Source of the DNA: Balanoglossus misakiensis
Taxonomy: Eukaryota; Animalia; Hemichordata
Assembly (NCBI GenBank): GCA_040954595.2
Contig: CM082582.2
Location: 4,200,303 to 4,264,302 of the forward strand
DNA: 64,000 nt
Direction of reading: 5' to 3'
Shown: positions 1 through 12,825 of the stretch, piece by piece
Numbering within the stretch: the first letter of the stretch is position 1
Layout: every line of letters begins with the position of its first letter
Program-made: the position numbers and the translations under genes
Notes under the pieces: generated by a model
Seen by the model: only the letters and a program-made list of their open reading frames with translations
What the model was told of the DNA's origin: nothing
Database searches by the model: none

Positions 1-11
1 ACCATATCAAC

Positions 12-159
12 TAGACTCTCTCACAGCCCACGGTTCGCTACGCGCCCTCAACCGTTTGGCAAGGGAGAAGCACCGTTTGGTGTTGTGTAGCTAGCCTTAG
101 CACAATGCAATCAGCCCATAAGCCTGCATGGACCACGAGAGGGGCTGTGAGAGAGTCTA
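12..159. mobile_element. MITE with TAG...CTA termini and 9-bp TSD (AcademH- or MULE-like), family M9 copy 1
   Basis: TIR tagactctctcacagccc / gggctgtgagagagtcta; flanks catatcaac (3-11) and catattaac (160-168); other copies at 14522, ~55915 and 58314. Confidence 0.85.
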
Positions 160-813
160 CATATTAACCAGCATTTACTCAAAATATTTGGTAATTTTTG
201 CAATGACCTTTGACCTACTCTTAGTCTTAGCAATATTATTGTTTATGAATATCTAATTGCAGGCTAACAAATAGCATAAATAGGGCTAAAAGTTTAGTTT
301 TTTATACATATGGTCAGTAGCAGACTTAAATTTGTGGGAAAATTCCAAGACCACTTACCTAGTCTTCCCATATATCAGTATCCAGAATTACTGTGAATTT
401 AAATTTAACCATGATAAATTGAAATGACATATATTGTGTTGTATAAAGTTAATTTTTTGGTTAGTATGAATTGAGTAAAAAAGTGTTGCCTTTAACAAAT
501 GCTGTATATAGGTATCTTCAAGATTTATGACAAATGAATTTGTAAAGAATAGACATTCTAAAACAGGCATGTGGAAAATCAGTCACTAGGTGGCGCTCTA
601 CCATATATTATTGACATGTCTGGTCTTGTAAACTGGAATATTCACCAAAGAAAGGAATTTGCTAGGTATTTCAGTTTCTTTGAATGAACTTGAGTGCAAA
701 GATTGAAGAACTATGCATACCATGTACATGTACATCGCACTAGCAGAGTCAACATATTTTAAAGATCATAATATATTCTGCCACTGGAATTTGTTTTTTA
801 GCAGAGATACCCC

Positions 814-883
814 TACCCTCTGTGCACAAGTCTGTGTGCTTCCTTCATAACCTGGGAGCAACACAGACCTGTACGCAGAGCTA
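814..883. mobile_element. 70-bp minimal MITE with 9-bp TSD
   Basis: Imperfect TIR taccctctgtgcacaagtctgtgt / acacagacctgtacgcagagcta; flanks agatacccc (805-813) and agatacacc (884-892). Confidence 0.65.
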
Positions 884-1308
884 AGATACACCTACCCTAA
901 TTTACTGAAGTTTGCGGTACAAGTTGTCTAGAATTCATATGAATGTAGTTTATTTCTCGTGAGCCAGAGCTCTTAGGGACTGTCCAGAATTTACTTCAGG
1001 GGGGGGGGGGATTTTCAGGGGGGGGGGGGCCACCCATTTTCCCCCAAGAAAACTTAGGGGGGGGGGGGGCAGACATTAAAATCACAATCCTTTAGGGGGC
1101 CATGTAAACAAACCTCACAAACTCAATATTTGCCCAGAAGTACTGATTTATAAGAAACAAACCACCATGGTTACCTGGATGACAGATGAACACCACAAGT
1201 GTATTAAATTTTCATAAGCTGGAATTTCCGGTAATTTTTACGGTGGTTTATTTTGTATATCTACTACAGTTTCTTGTTCTACCGTACTACTCTGTGAAGC
1301 ATAATAAA

Positions 1309-1657
1309 TTATAACACACCATGCAGTGAACCCTCGATCGTGATTCGTCAATACGCCGTCACGTGACCTTAGTCATTTCGAACTGTTCCTAGGGCATCAG
1401 TTCGATCGGTTTCTGCCCGGTACTGTTGCCTGGATGTGGTCTGTGTCGTGTTTGGTGTGTTATAAAACACATGATGACTGGCATATTCGGGCAACAGTGT
1501 ATTTTTGATGACCTCGGGACTGCCAGTCACACCAAAACAGTCTGTTTTCCCTCGGGCTATGCCCTCGGAAAACAAGACTGTTTTAGGTTGTGAATAGCAG
1601 CACCCTCGGTCATCAAAATACACTGTTGCCCTCATTGTCAGTCATCATGTGTATACT
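1309..1657. mobile_element. Terminal-hairpin element family H1, copy a
   Basis: IR ttataacacacca (1309) / tggtgtgttataa (1453-1465), then hairpin 1467-1652 with TC/TC mismatches; second copy at 21601. Confidence 0.8.
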
Positions 1658-1667
1658 GTCCAACTTA

Positions 1668-2414
1668 GGGACCGTTCAGTTTTAACGTTTAGGGGGGGGG
1701 GGTCACATACTTTTGCCACCGAACTTTTGCTTTTGAGTCACAAAATTGCAGTTTCGCACCCTAAATTTTACAAAATTTTCTAATGTGGGAGGGGGACACC
1801 CCTCCCACACCCACCCCCTCCATTCTTCGCCACATTGCATTTATTCACTGGTTTGTCTAGTGTACCAGAGAAGACTTCTTGCCACCCCACCCCGATGCTT
1901 ACTTTGAGTGGAGTGGCAAAATTAAAATTTGTCCTCCCTAACATTGAGTTAATTTGCTTTTGAGTTCATTAAATTGCAACTTTGAGCACCATATTTTACA
2001 AAATTTTCTTATGTGGGAGGGGGATACCCCCTCCCACACTCACCCCCCCTCCACTTTTCTTGTTTTACCGATTCTAGCAACTATTGTATTGACTTATCAT
2101 TTTATTTTGTTCATAGATTTCTTTATTGCAACGATATACTATTATATACTTCAAATAATACTTTAAGAAATATATAATTGAGGTGTGAGGAGCCTCATTC
2201 CCTTTATTGCATACAGCGTACATAGGATCAGGACGGCGAATGTTTTGGGCGTGGGGGGGGGGGGGGGGGTCATCATATTTTTGGGTCTGTCAAAGGGGGG
2301 GGGGTCATCATTTTTTGGTCCTGGGTGAAGGGGGGGGGGGGGTTGGCCTGATTTTGAGAACCGATGACACAACTTGCCGCCCCCCCCCCCCTGCCGTAAA
2401 AACTGAACGGTCCC
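1668..2414. mobile_element. PIF/Harbinger-like MITE family A, copy 1 (internal deletions)
   Basis: TIR gggaccgttcagtttt / aaaactgaacggtccc; TTA TSD; body near-identical to 5773-6707 and to the reverse complement of 22072-23029. Confidence 0.9.
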
Positions 2415-3887
2415 TTATTTGGCCTGCCAGCCAAACCATATATGTAAGTGAACAGTCAGTGTGTTACTGTTGATAACTGAACTCAATTCAAGTTCAGACA
2501 AGTTTTAAAGAATTAGACTTTTTTGACAATCTATTTACTTTTCTATGACAAAAGATATCAGCAGCTAGTGATAAATTAATTCTACATTTTTTAGAATAAA
2601 GCATAGTATGCCGTAAGTATTTTGTGGAGTGACTGTGAATAAAGTAAGACATAATAAATCACATTCATTTTACTTGCTAAAATATGGTAGTCAGGTATTA
2701 AGAATCCCGATTTAAAGCCTTTAAAGCCTACTAGCCGTAATTTTGTTAACTCTTAAGATTTGTTGACCTCAAAGTATTTGTCGATTTCTTTTCTATTTTG
2801 TTCAAAATTGCACAATATATGGGCAAGAATTCTGATTCCTACAAAGTAAAATAATACACAATATTTATTTTTAAAATGTCTTTTTGTTTGCAGTCTGAAT
2901 CATGCTTGTCTACAATTTTTGTGAGGATCAACACAGTCAAATTTGCAATTTCTGTCTCATCGAAAAGATATTAATGGCACCCTGCTTTCTGGTAATATTA
3001 AACTTAAAGAGATATTAGCGTTAACTTTTGTCAAATTTTATGTTTTAGTCCTCTGTGTCAAGTGCACTTTCTTGGTCCACTCCTCAGAGTATGCTCATGT
3101 GTAACAGCAAATATTCTGCCTGTGATGTACCTATTGTTTTGATTATAGTACAAACACATAAAATTATATTGTTTTGTGCCAGCCAAAATTGTTTTTAAAA
3201 AACCCATAAAATTGTGTATGACTACATTATTTTTAATTTACCCATTGAAAAACAAGAAACATTTTATTTATGTTTTTGCCAAAAAATTGCAGAATATTTT
3301 GAAAATACTGTAAAGGACACAAACTCATGTTTGATTTGAATTTTTGAAAAAGTACTGGATTGTTAATTGTTAAAAGAAGTAAATGTGAAATTGTTGTGCT
3401 GACTGTGTTTTTTTGACATGTCTTATTACAACTAAAGTGTTTGATGTAGTGGACATAGTGACAGAAATTTTTGTCATAATTAACTTATTTTCAGAAAACT
3501 ACAATCTTAGTTGCCCATTTGGTAGGCTTCCCAAAAGTGTGCCACTTGCAGTCCCTGCAAAAACATGATTTTTATGACCACTTAACTGTCCCCTTTAAAA
3601 TTCAGTAAGTAAATGATCTCTTGATTGTTCTTGCAAAGGGTTATGAACTTGTCAGACTGTATGTGCCGTAGTCTGTAAGCATGCATGTATATATTGGGGG
3701 GGGGGGGGATGTAAAAAAACCAGGAAATTTAAGGGGGCCACAGATTTCCTCCACAATTTACAAGGGGGCGCCATGGAAAAAAATCACCGGGAAAATAAGA
3801 ATCCTCCAGTCCCACCCTGGAAGTTAATTCTGGACAGTCCCTTATTTCCACTCAGCTCTTCTGGCAACTCAGTAGCTGTTGCTGTAA

Positions 3888-4082
3888 GGGACTGGTCAGT
3901 TTCTTCAGCCCGGGGGACGGCGGATTCTTATTTGTGGATATCAAGAAGTGACTGACACCCCCCCCCCCTCATTGAACATGGAAAAGTGGGTGACATCCCC
4001 ACCCCCCCACCCCAATTGCATAACAGGGTGACCTCCCCATGAATCCACTGCCCCCTCAAGGCCGAAGAAACTGACCAGCTCC
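3888..4082. mobile_element. PIF/Harbinger-like MITE family B
   Basis: TIR gggactggtcagtttcttc / gaagaaactgaccagctcc; TAA TSD. Confidence 0.75.
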
Positions 4083-4594
4083 TAAACAGTATCACTGTAC
4101 GCCCCCAACGACATAAGTTGACATTTTGTCGCAGAGTGGGCATGTGTGAACCCTGACTAGTTTGCATTTTTTTTTACTAAAAGTAATTGTGCCTGGTTGT
4201 ACAAAGGTGTGCATTGGTTGAGAAGTTGATGTGTTTTGTCGACTGGGGTTCATATCTTTCTCCAGTCATCAAAGTACAATGTAGGTGGCACCTGTATACA
4301 TGAATGTAGATCAATCCACTTATCAATAGGGAAAATCCAAAAGTTAAAGCCCTATAGTGCTGCCAAATTTCACATATTTTTTTCCATAGTAAAATACTTC
4401 AAAAATATTCCCATCTTTTAAAATCCTCACCATTAAGCCATATATTACTTGCATTTGTCATCTCTTGGCAATGCAAATATACCACAATAGCCGCATACTG
4501 TTGTATGGAGGCTGATTAAATCGGTGCGGCACCGTTTTAATACATAGCGTGTTCAAATTGCATATATTACCATGGCCTGTGCGTCGCATTTTAA

Positions 4595-4780
4595 AGGTAT
4601 ACGGTCACCTATGGAAAATTAGCTACAGTTGCCATGGCAAATGGAGATCTAGCCAATCACAGAATTTCAGTGGGTGGCACACGCGAAAATAAAAGCGCTA
4701 CCATAATGTTCTTTAGAACACTCAAATACGCCATTTCAGCCATATATGGTCGTATGTAAATTGGAGGTGACTGTATACCT
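4595..4780. mobile_element. Kolobok-like MITE
   Basis: TIR aggtatacggtcacct / aggtgactgtatacct; TTAA TSD; RR...YY termini. Confidence 0.8.
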
Positions 4781-5375
4781 TTAATTGGTCGAGATGAACG
4801 ACATCACTGCAGGACTGCCCCTATGTTTAAACTTACTTACATCAGCACTGTTTTTGGCGACCAGCAGCATGGTGTCATCACTGCTACAATTGATATGGGA
4901 TAACTAAGATTTATTGAGATCGTCTAAACCCTGGAATTTTAATAGTAATTTTTTGAGATCCTCCTTCGTATGTGTAATGAAAATCTGTAATGAAGGGGGC
5001 ACTACGCTTGTTTTCGAAATATAAGGTTATGAAGCCACGCCCATGAATTTTTGGCTTTCCCCTCGCCCATAAACAAACGTTAATGGTCAGAGTGTCGTCC
5101 ATTATTTCTATAGCAAATATTTATGTATGAAATGTCAAATGTAGTTTTGAGGTCCACCTCAAATCCTGAAACTGGCTTAAAATGTTCTTTCCATTTGACA
5201 GTTTATGCAGGCGCCGTTTTAAAGTGTTAGTTACTGGACAATAAAAACAGCCTTTGTGATTTGCTGAAATTTATTTTCAACATGACATAACTTTCAAAGT
5301 TGGAGTTTGTTTGCCCCCCCCCCCCCAAAAAAAACATTCTCAAAATGCGTGTTTTAATAATTCACAAACTGTTAA

Positions 5376-5600
5376 AGGGAAGGGGTTGTCGTGCTGCGAG
5401 GGTGTCCCCCTTGATGAGAATATGTCCTCAAATATCAGCACAAACCTCACTGCAGTAGCCACGACCTACTAGGATCTTCAGTTGCTGTCATGCCAAGTCT
5501 ACACTACAGTTGGCTGCTTCGTTCATTCTAAGAATGATCTAATTTGTTTTGGATGAATTGTAATGTTTATAAACAAACGCGGTGCGACGACCCCTTCACT
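5376..5600. mobile_element. Kolobok-like MITE
   Basis: TIR agggaaggggttgtcgtgc / gtgcgacgaccccttcact; TTAA on both sides. Confidence 0.75.
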
Positions 5601-5772
5601 TTAAAGCCCCGAGACCTGCCACTTTTTGGGTTGTTTTTTATAATTTTACTTCAAGTCTAGTGTACCTGGCAATACAGGACAGGGTACTTGCCTACCCCTA
5701 TCGATGTTGAGTTGATATGCTTTTGAGTTCATTAAAATTCAGCTTTGAGCTCTGTATTTTACAAACTTCTAA

Positions 5773-6707
5773 GGGACCGTTCAGTTTTTACGGCCGGGGG
5801 GTGGGGGCGGCAAAATCCAGGGGGGGGGGGGTCACTTAAATTTTTAAGTCCAAAAGGGGGGGGGGGGTCATCTGTTTTTTTTAAACGTTTAGGGGGGTCA
5901 CATACTTTTGCCACTGAACTTTTACTTTTGAGTCCACAAAATTGCAGTTTCGCGCCCTTTATTTTACAAAATTTTCTCACCCACCCCCTTCATTCTCCGT
6001 CATATTTCGTTTTTCGCTGGTTTGTCTAGTGTACCAGAGCAGAGTGCTTGCCACCCCAAACCCACTGATGATGATAGTTAACAAAGTAAATACATAAAGG
6101 AGAATAATCGTTTAAACCATTTCGCAAAACTGATACTTTCGCGCTGCATCTTCTATACCGGTATACTAGAAGTTTTATAAATGATGTCATGACAAGATGG
6201 CGCCAAATCTTCGAACTTAGAGTAGAGTGGCAAAAAGTAAAATTGGTCCTCCGAAACATTGAGATAAATTGTGTTTGAGTTCATTAAAATGCAACTTTGA
6301 GCACCGTATTTACAAAATTTTCTTATGTGAGAGGGGGACACCCCCTCCCACACCCACCCCCGCCACTTTTCTTGTTTTACCAATTCTACCAACTATTGTA
6401 TTGACTTATCATTTTATTTTGTTCATAGATTTCTTTATTGCAACGATATACTATTATATACTTCAATTACTTTAAGAAATTTATAATTGAGGTGTGAGGA
6501 GCCTCATTCCCTTTATTGGATAAAGTGTACATAGGATCAGGACGGCGAATGTTTTCGGCGTGGGGGGGGGGGGGGTCATCATATTTTGGGGTCTGTCAAA
6601 GGGGGGGTCATCATTTTTTGGTGCTGAGTGAAGGGGGGGTCGGCCTGATTTTGAAAACCGATGACTCAAACTTGCCCCCCCCCCAGCCGTAAAAACTGAA
6701 CGGTCCC
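5773..6707. mobile_element. PIF/Harbinger-like MITE family A, copy 2 (full length)
   Basis: TIR gggaccgttcagtttttacggc / gccgtaaaaactgaacggtccc; TAA TSD. Confidence 0.9.
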
Positions 6708-6959
6708 TAACGCGCGAGGGGAACACCTTTCATGTATTTGCTGGTTTGTCTAGTGTACCAGGCAGTAACTTTGACGGGAAAATGTAAAAGTTGTCCTCCA
6801 CAACACTGTTCAGTTGATTTTAAATTTCAGCTTTGAGCCTGGGGGGTTACCCTGTTTTGAAATTGGGTGATAGGGGTCACCTTGTTTTGGAACTGCTGAA
6901 TGAGGGACTAAAAATTGCTTTTGAGTCCACAAAAATGCAGTTTTGAGCTCTTCATATTG

Positions 6960-9372
6960 ACTATAAAGCAGCTAAGAAATCTTTTAAACAGACTTGTAAG
7001 ACCAGTAAATTAAATTATCAATATTCCATTAGAAATCGCCTGTTAGAGGCATCACAGAATTCTGGAGAATTTTGGAAAATTGTAAATTCTGTTATAGGCA
7101 GAAGGGGAAACCCCGGTAATGACATCAGCATTCAGACTTGGTATGAATATTTTAGTACCCTTTACAATGATTGCTTTGATGTCAAATCAGGTGATGTTGA
7201 ATTTTTATGTACAATAGAAGAGGAAATCAAGGAATTTTCCCTGATTAATGAATCGGGAGGGGATGGTGCAGATAATTTACTTAATGACCATATTACAGAG
7301 AGTGAAGTGTTATCTTGTTTGAAAAGACTTAAATCTGGTAAAGCTCCCGGGCCAGACGGGATACCCAATGAATTTTATAGCTGTTCTGCAGAAATTATTT
7401 TACCTGTACTTGTAGAATTGTTTAACTTTATTTTTGTCTCTGGAAAGTTTCCTAGGGAGTGGTCGGGCGCAATTGTAATTCCTCTATTCAAAAAAGGGTC
7501 AAAGCAGGACGTTAACAACTACAGGGGCATTTCACTTCTTAACACTCTGGGAAAGATCTTTACGTCAATTTTAAATGAGCGACTTGTAAAATGGTCGGAT
7601 ACTTTAAACATCCTCTCAGACTGTCAAGCTGGATTCCGCAAAAATCACAGCACTATAGACAACATTCTTGTTCTACATGCTTTAGTACAGAAATATTTAA
7701 GCATAAGACGTGGGAAACTGTATTGCCTTTTTGTCGATTTTTCGAAGGCGTTTGATCGGGTGAACCATAGTTTGTTACTGTATAAGCTTAAGATGCTGGG
7801 AGTCAAAGGAAAAATGTATTGTATTTTATATTCCATAAACAGTGGGATCAAATCATGTGTTAGAGCTGGAAATATTACATCAGAGTATACTTTGACTGTC
7901 CAGCTGGCGTCAGACAAGGGTGTATTTTAAGCCCGGTTTTGTTTAGTTTTTTTATTGACGAATTGAATGTTATGCTTATGTCATCTGGACAACGTGGTGT
8001 TCAATTAACACAAGATCTATATGATCTTTTCGCTTTACCTGTTAGGGTTAGGATGATGTGGCTATTTTTGTAGATTCAGCCAGGAACCTGCAACATTTAA
8101 TTGATATTTTATACAAGTTCTGTTTCAAATGGCGCATGCAAGTTAATTTAGACAAAACAAAAGTTATGATTTTCAGAAAAGGTGGTCGCAGATCACGTTG
8201 GGAAAACTGGCATTTTGGTACAAGTCCTGTAAATGTTTCATTTTACAAATACCTGGGTTTATTCTTTTCATCTCGCAACAACTGGTCGAAATCAATCCAA
8301 AATCTAGCAAACCAGGCTAGTAAAGCCCTCAAGATGTTGTCAATTGCTAGATGGAAGTTAGGTCACTTTGATCTGTATTCTCATTTTAAAGTTTTCGATG
8401 TTATGATATTACCAATCTTATGCTATGGTTCTGAAGTCTGGGGTTTCACTTTGTACGATGCTCTGGAGAAGGTACACAGAAAATGTTGTAGAAATTTTTT
8501 AGGTGTACCGGGCAATTCAACAAATGAAGCATTATTGGGTGAATGCGATCGTTTTCCTGTTCATTTTCACACTATAAAGCGTTGCATTCGCTATTGGATA
8601 AAATTACTTGAAATGCCTCCAAACCGACTTCCAAGACAAGCATACATCATGTTATGAAATCTTGATGGCTTGGGTCGCCACACGTGGGCAACATCTATAA
8701 AGAATGTTTTATTTTCTTATGGCTTCGGTTATGCCTGGCTTGCCCAAGAAATAGGAAACAAACAGCAATTTTTGTCACTTTTTGATTCTAGGCTTTCAGA
8801 TATCTTTAAACAACTTTGGAACAGTAAAATATCTTTGAAACCTAAACTCCGTACATACATGCAATTTAAAAGCATGCTCGAACCTGAGAAGTATCTTAGG
8901 TTACCATGTAGTCGCAATGTCTTACAAATGTTCACCTGTTTTCGCTGTTCTACCCTGCCCCTTGCTATTGAGGAGGGGAGAAGGCATAATATAGATGTAC
9001 CAGATCGTCTCTGTAAGTTTTGTACAAAAGGAGCAGTAGAAGATGAATACCATTTTCTCCTTGAATGCTCTGCTTACACAGACCTTAGACCGTATTTATC
9101 ACATGTCTACTTTGAGCATCCAACTTTTCACAAATTTGTACGACTTATGAACACGTCTAGCAATGATGAGCTTCTCAACCTCTGTATTTTCACAAGCAAA
9201 GCGTTTAAGCAGAGAAAGATATCTCTCTCACTTTTTTCAAGAGACAGAATTTAAACTGTTTAATTGACATGTACAGCTGTACTTTATTTTGCTGTCTTTC
9301 TATGTTAAATTTTTGTAACCCCCTTGCATATGGGCCGGAGGCCTTGGAACGCAATAAACTATTCTATTCTAT
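6960..9372 (+). mobile_element. 5'-truncated non-LTR retrotransposon (RTE/RTE-X-like LINE)
   Basis: RT-ORF2 motifs KAPGPDGIP, NYRGISLL, QAGFRK, FVDFSKAFD, GVRQGCILSP, ILCYGSEVWG, C-terminal CKFC..EDEYHFLLEC; 3' AATAAA plus (CTATT)n tail; perfect 53-bp TSD 6907-6959 / 9373-9425. Confidence 0.92.
6962..9254 (+). pseudogene. Disrupted LINE ORF2 (reverse transcriptase and C-terminal zinc-finger region; endonuclease lost by truncation)
   Basis: ORFs 7307-7930, 8058-8657 and 8670-9254; frameshift at ~7888, frameshift or replacement at the [F/Y]ADD site (~8038-8051), in-frame TGA at 8655-8657. Confidence 0.9.
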
Positions 9373-11661
9373 ACTAAAAATTGCTTTTGAGTCCACAAAA
9401 ATGCAGTTTTGAGCTCTTCATATTGCAAATAATTTCTAACGTGCGAGGGGACACCCTGTCCCACCCCCTTCATCTTTCAACACCTTTCGTTTATTGGCTG
9501 GTTTGTCAAGTGTGCCAGACAGTACAAGGCAGGGGACTTGCCTCCCTACCAATATTGAGTTCATTTGCTTTTGAATCCACAAAAATGCAGTTAACTATGT
9601 CTGCCAACTAATTACTTGATTGTTAAAGTTTATTCATGTCTTATTTTAATTATTTAAATTTATTCATAAATGCAAATTGTCAATGTTATTCATTTGCCAA
9701 GTTTTTGAAAGTTGGCATGGGGTGTCGCCCACTTTTCAATTTCCAACAAGGGAGGTCACCCACTTTTCAATTTACAAGAGAAGAGGGGGGGGGGGGGGGG
9801 TCACCCAATTTTTGATACCTACAAAATATAATCACTAGCCCTGAAGAAACTGACCAGTCCCTCATTTCAATTTATATAATACATATGCAAATTGTCATTC
9901 TAATTCTCTACCACAATGTTGGTTACCTTTGCCCCCCCCCCCCCCCACCTTCCGAAAAAACAATAAATTGCTTCCTAAACACTTGTTCTAGTACCAGGAA
10001 AGCTATTACAGTAGTAGCTGTAGTATAGACGTTTCAGAGACTAAAATTAGTTAATAACTTTTAAATAAAGAATTTTGTATTATGAATTACATTCAGATTT
10101 TTTCTACACATGTATATCTGATATATAAATATACACACACAAACACAATTGCCGGGGGAGCAGTTCACTAAGTTTTTGAAAGTTGACATAAGGGGGTTCA
10201 CCCACTTTTAAATTTTCAATGGGGGGGGGGGGGGGGGGGTCAGTCACTTGTTGATATCCACAAAAAAGAATCCACCCCCCCCCCCCCCCCCCCCCAGGTT
10301 GAAGAAACTGACCAGTCCCTAAAAATTAGACAACTATTTTGGTATGTATTGCTAAGAGTTGACAGTCTGATACAAACAATATGGCTTTATGGTGAGAATT
10401 TTGAAGTATTTATCGGAATCATTATGTTTAGACCACCCCCTCTGGCAAATGTACAAGTAGGGCAGGGGACCAGACTAGAGGTGTTTGAATATTGATATTT
10501 TTAATTTTACTAGCTATTTTTGTATCTGGATGTGGGGGTAATGTCATCGTAAATTTTTAGTTTGGACACAATTGGTCCAATCTAGGACAGTTGAAACACT
10601 GGGATGTTTATCCATCATGGTATGACAGGCCACTTAAATTTCATTTGTGTTTAATAATTAGGCACCAACTCCAAATCTTAGTATGGACCCTCACACCCAG
10701 TCACTAATCTAACCCTATTAGAGGACTCCTCTTTAGTCATGACCAGATCCTATCGGCTGTTTAATATAAGCGATAAACACTTTTGCATGGTTTCAGGTCA
10801 TAACCATAAACTTTCTTGCAAAATGAGTTCATGCTATTACTTACTGTACATGACAATCATTTGTGAGGCAGGACTCCACCTGGTATGACACTTTAGTGTC
10901 ATGTTATCCACTTAGCAAGAAGGGAAAGTAAATGAAGCACAGAGACACAAGTAAATGGGCCTTCCAACACAGGCTACAGGCCCTTGTGGTATTGTTTGGA
11001 TAGTAGTTGTATTTAATATGTGGAATGTATTTACGACTTGCCTATTCAATAAAGAATCATGGTACGTGATAGAAAAGTACATGTCTTGCACAGAAAACAA
11101 ACTAAGGAGTAAGAAAGCATTTCACCACCTGTATGGTAATAAAACATAACGTCAAGGACACTGTGTTCCCATTTGGGGATTACACAGAAATAAGTTTACA
11201 CCGGAATTAAAAATCACGGGTGACATTGGCAAGCAGATATGACTCAACCATAATATAAAATATGGACATGTACAAAATTTAACTAGGAACATGCCCAATC
11301 AGCCCTGGGACAGACAGACATACAGACTCACTGACCTACCCCCCTAACACTAGTTAATAATACAATAGCTGGTGGTCTCTCTAACAGCTGTCCTATTGAA
11401 GTTATGTAAACATGTACATTTGTAGTGTGCACAGTACGACTCAGTTGGGAGTGACCAAATCATGAGCTAGTGGTCAAGTGGGTTAGGAGAAAATCTGTTG
11501 ACCACAAACAAAGATAATTACACGTACACTTGCTAAATATTCAAATTTTCTACTATCAGAATTCAATATTAAAATGACTCACATACATGTGTTATGTACT
11601 TGCATGCCAAATTCCAAAGCAATCAGACAAAATCCTGGGTTACCCCTAAGAATATTCTTAC

Positions 11662-11830
11662 CAAATTTCAAAGCAATCCCTGATGTGCAAGCTGAGTTTA
11701 AAGTGACTTTGAGTACCAACAGACGCCCCAGTTTTAGGGAATATCGTATTAAAATATGATATGGAGAACTGTACTGTGTATTCTGATTGTTAGCCTCCAA
11801 AGCACTTGGGATTCCAGTTTCTTCCCTGCC
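11662..11830 (-). pseudogene. Possible decayed CS(p23-like)-domain exon, putative 3' part of the TDRD12-like gene
   Basis: AG/GT-bounded segment; with frameshifts it reads P.VLWRQSEYTVQFSI, resembling the CS-domain start PxVxWxQxxxxVxxxI; same strand as the TDRD12 exons. Confidence 0.35.
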
Positions 11831-12564
11831 CTGTAAACAGAGACTCAACTGCCAAAACTGATGCTATACTTACAGCACAACATAGACGTAATAGAATGGG
11901 CGATGAGCATGCTGAATTAATCTGATGCTTCTTACCTGCAAACTTTTGTTTCCACCCGCACAAGGGAAATTTTAACTTTGTGTGAAAATAGAAATTCCAT
12001 TAATACTATAAGATCTTTATTGACAATTCAAAAGTTTAATGACTGTTAGTGTTACAGTACCTGAAATCCAAAAATAAGCATGCATGCTGTCTGTGTTTGT
12101 ATTACTATGATCAACTTCGTATTTTCAAAATTTGCTTATCTAAATGATTACGAATACGTAGAAATTCATACTTCAAAATTATATCCCTTTTCCTGAAATT
12201 TTATAAGATTTGAACAAAGTTGTAGCCATGTACAGGTTATTTTTCTTCTTAAAATAACATTATAACACTATAATTTGCCAAACATATGTGAATTAGCTGG
12301 GAAAATGTGAAATTGGACAAAACCCAACAAATACTTGTCAGATTGCTTTGAAAATTCGTATGCTTGTAGCTTATGTCGTACTTCATGTTTGGAGCTTATG
12401 TAGGGAATTTTTTAATTTATTTATCTATTTTATGGTCTTTTTCCACATAGTGGTATCTTTTCCTCTGAAAGCAATTGGCTGATTTCTGAAGCTTTCTATG
12501 GGTGATCTAACTCAAACTGAAATTGGCATGGCCGTGGGCAAGGAAAGTCAGTTTCAACTCAACT

Positions 12565-12825
12565 TGAACATCGGGTCCTTGTCTCTCGTTCACCAAGACT
12601 GTCTGGTCCTGGTTACCACAGAGTGACTGTGTAAAATTTAGTCATCAATTACTTGACAGCCCGTAATGCACCCCAAATATCAAAGTTATACGCCCAGCAG
12701 TTTTCAAGTTTTTGATGTGGATGGACAGAGAGACATACATACATACATACAGACAGACAGACAGACAGAAACGATTCCATAAGGTCCCATGAGTATATAT
12801 ACATAACCAAACGGGACCTAAAAAC
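12565..12825 (+). mobile_element. Helentron-associated (HINE/DINE-1-like) element remnant
   Basis: (ACAT)n(ACAG)n microsatellite followed by stem-loop aggtccc...gggacct and an A-tract; 5' boundary approximate. Confidence 0.55.

Larger units (their letters stand above)
976..3841. mobile_element. PIF/Harbinger-like non-autonomous element carrying nested insertions
   Basis: TIR gggactgtccagaatt / aattctggacagtccc, TTA on both sides, poly-G subterminal tracts. Confidence 0.65.
5610..10319. mobile_element. Older Harbinger-family-B-related host element, split by MITE A copy 2 and by the LINE; left boundary uncertain
   Basis: Repeated internal modules (gcttttgagtccacaaaaatgcag; ttctaacgcgcgagggg interrupted at TAA 5770/6708); right TIRs gaagaaactgaccagtccc ending at 9861 and 10319. 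Confidence 0.5.

Noticed and set aside
1657-1668. H1 element adjacent to MITE A at both 1.66 kb and 22.0 kb
   Set aside because: Spacing and MITE orientation differ and each MITE has its own TSD, so probably coincidence
1954-2473. Pro/Gly-rich ORFs recurring at 2.2, 5.8-6.7 and 22 kb
   Set aside because: Artefacts of poly-G/C tracts in MITE family A
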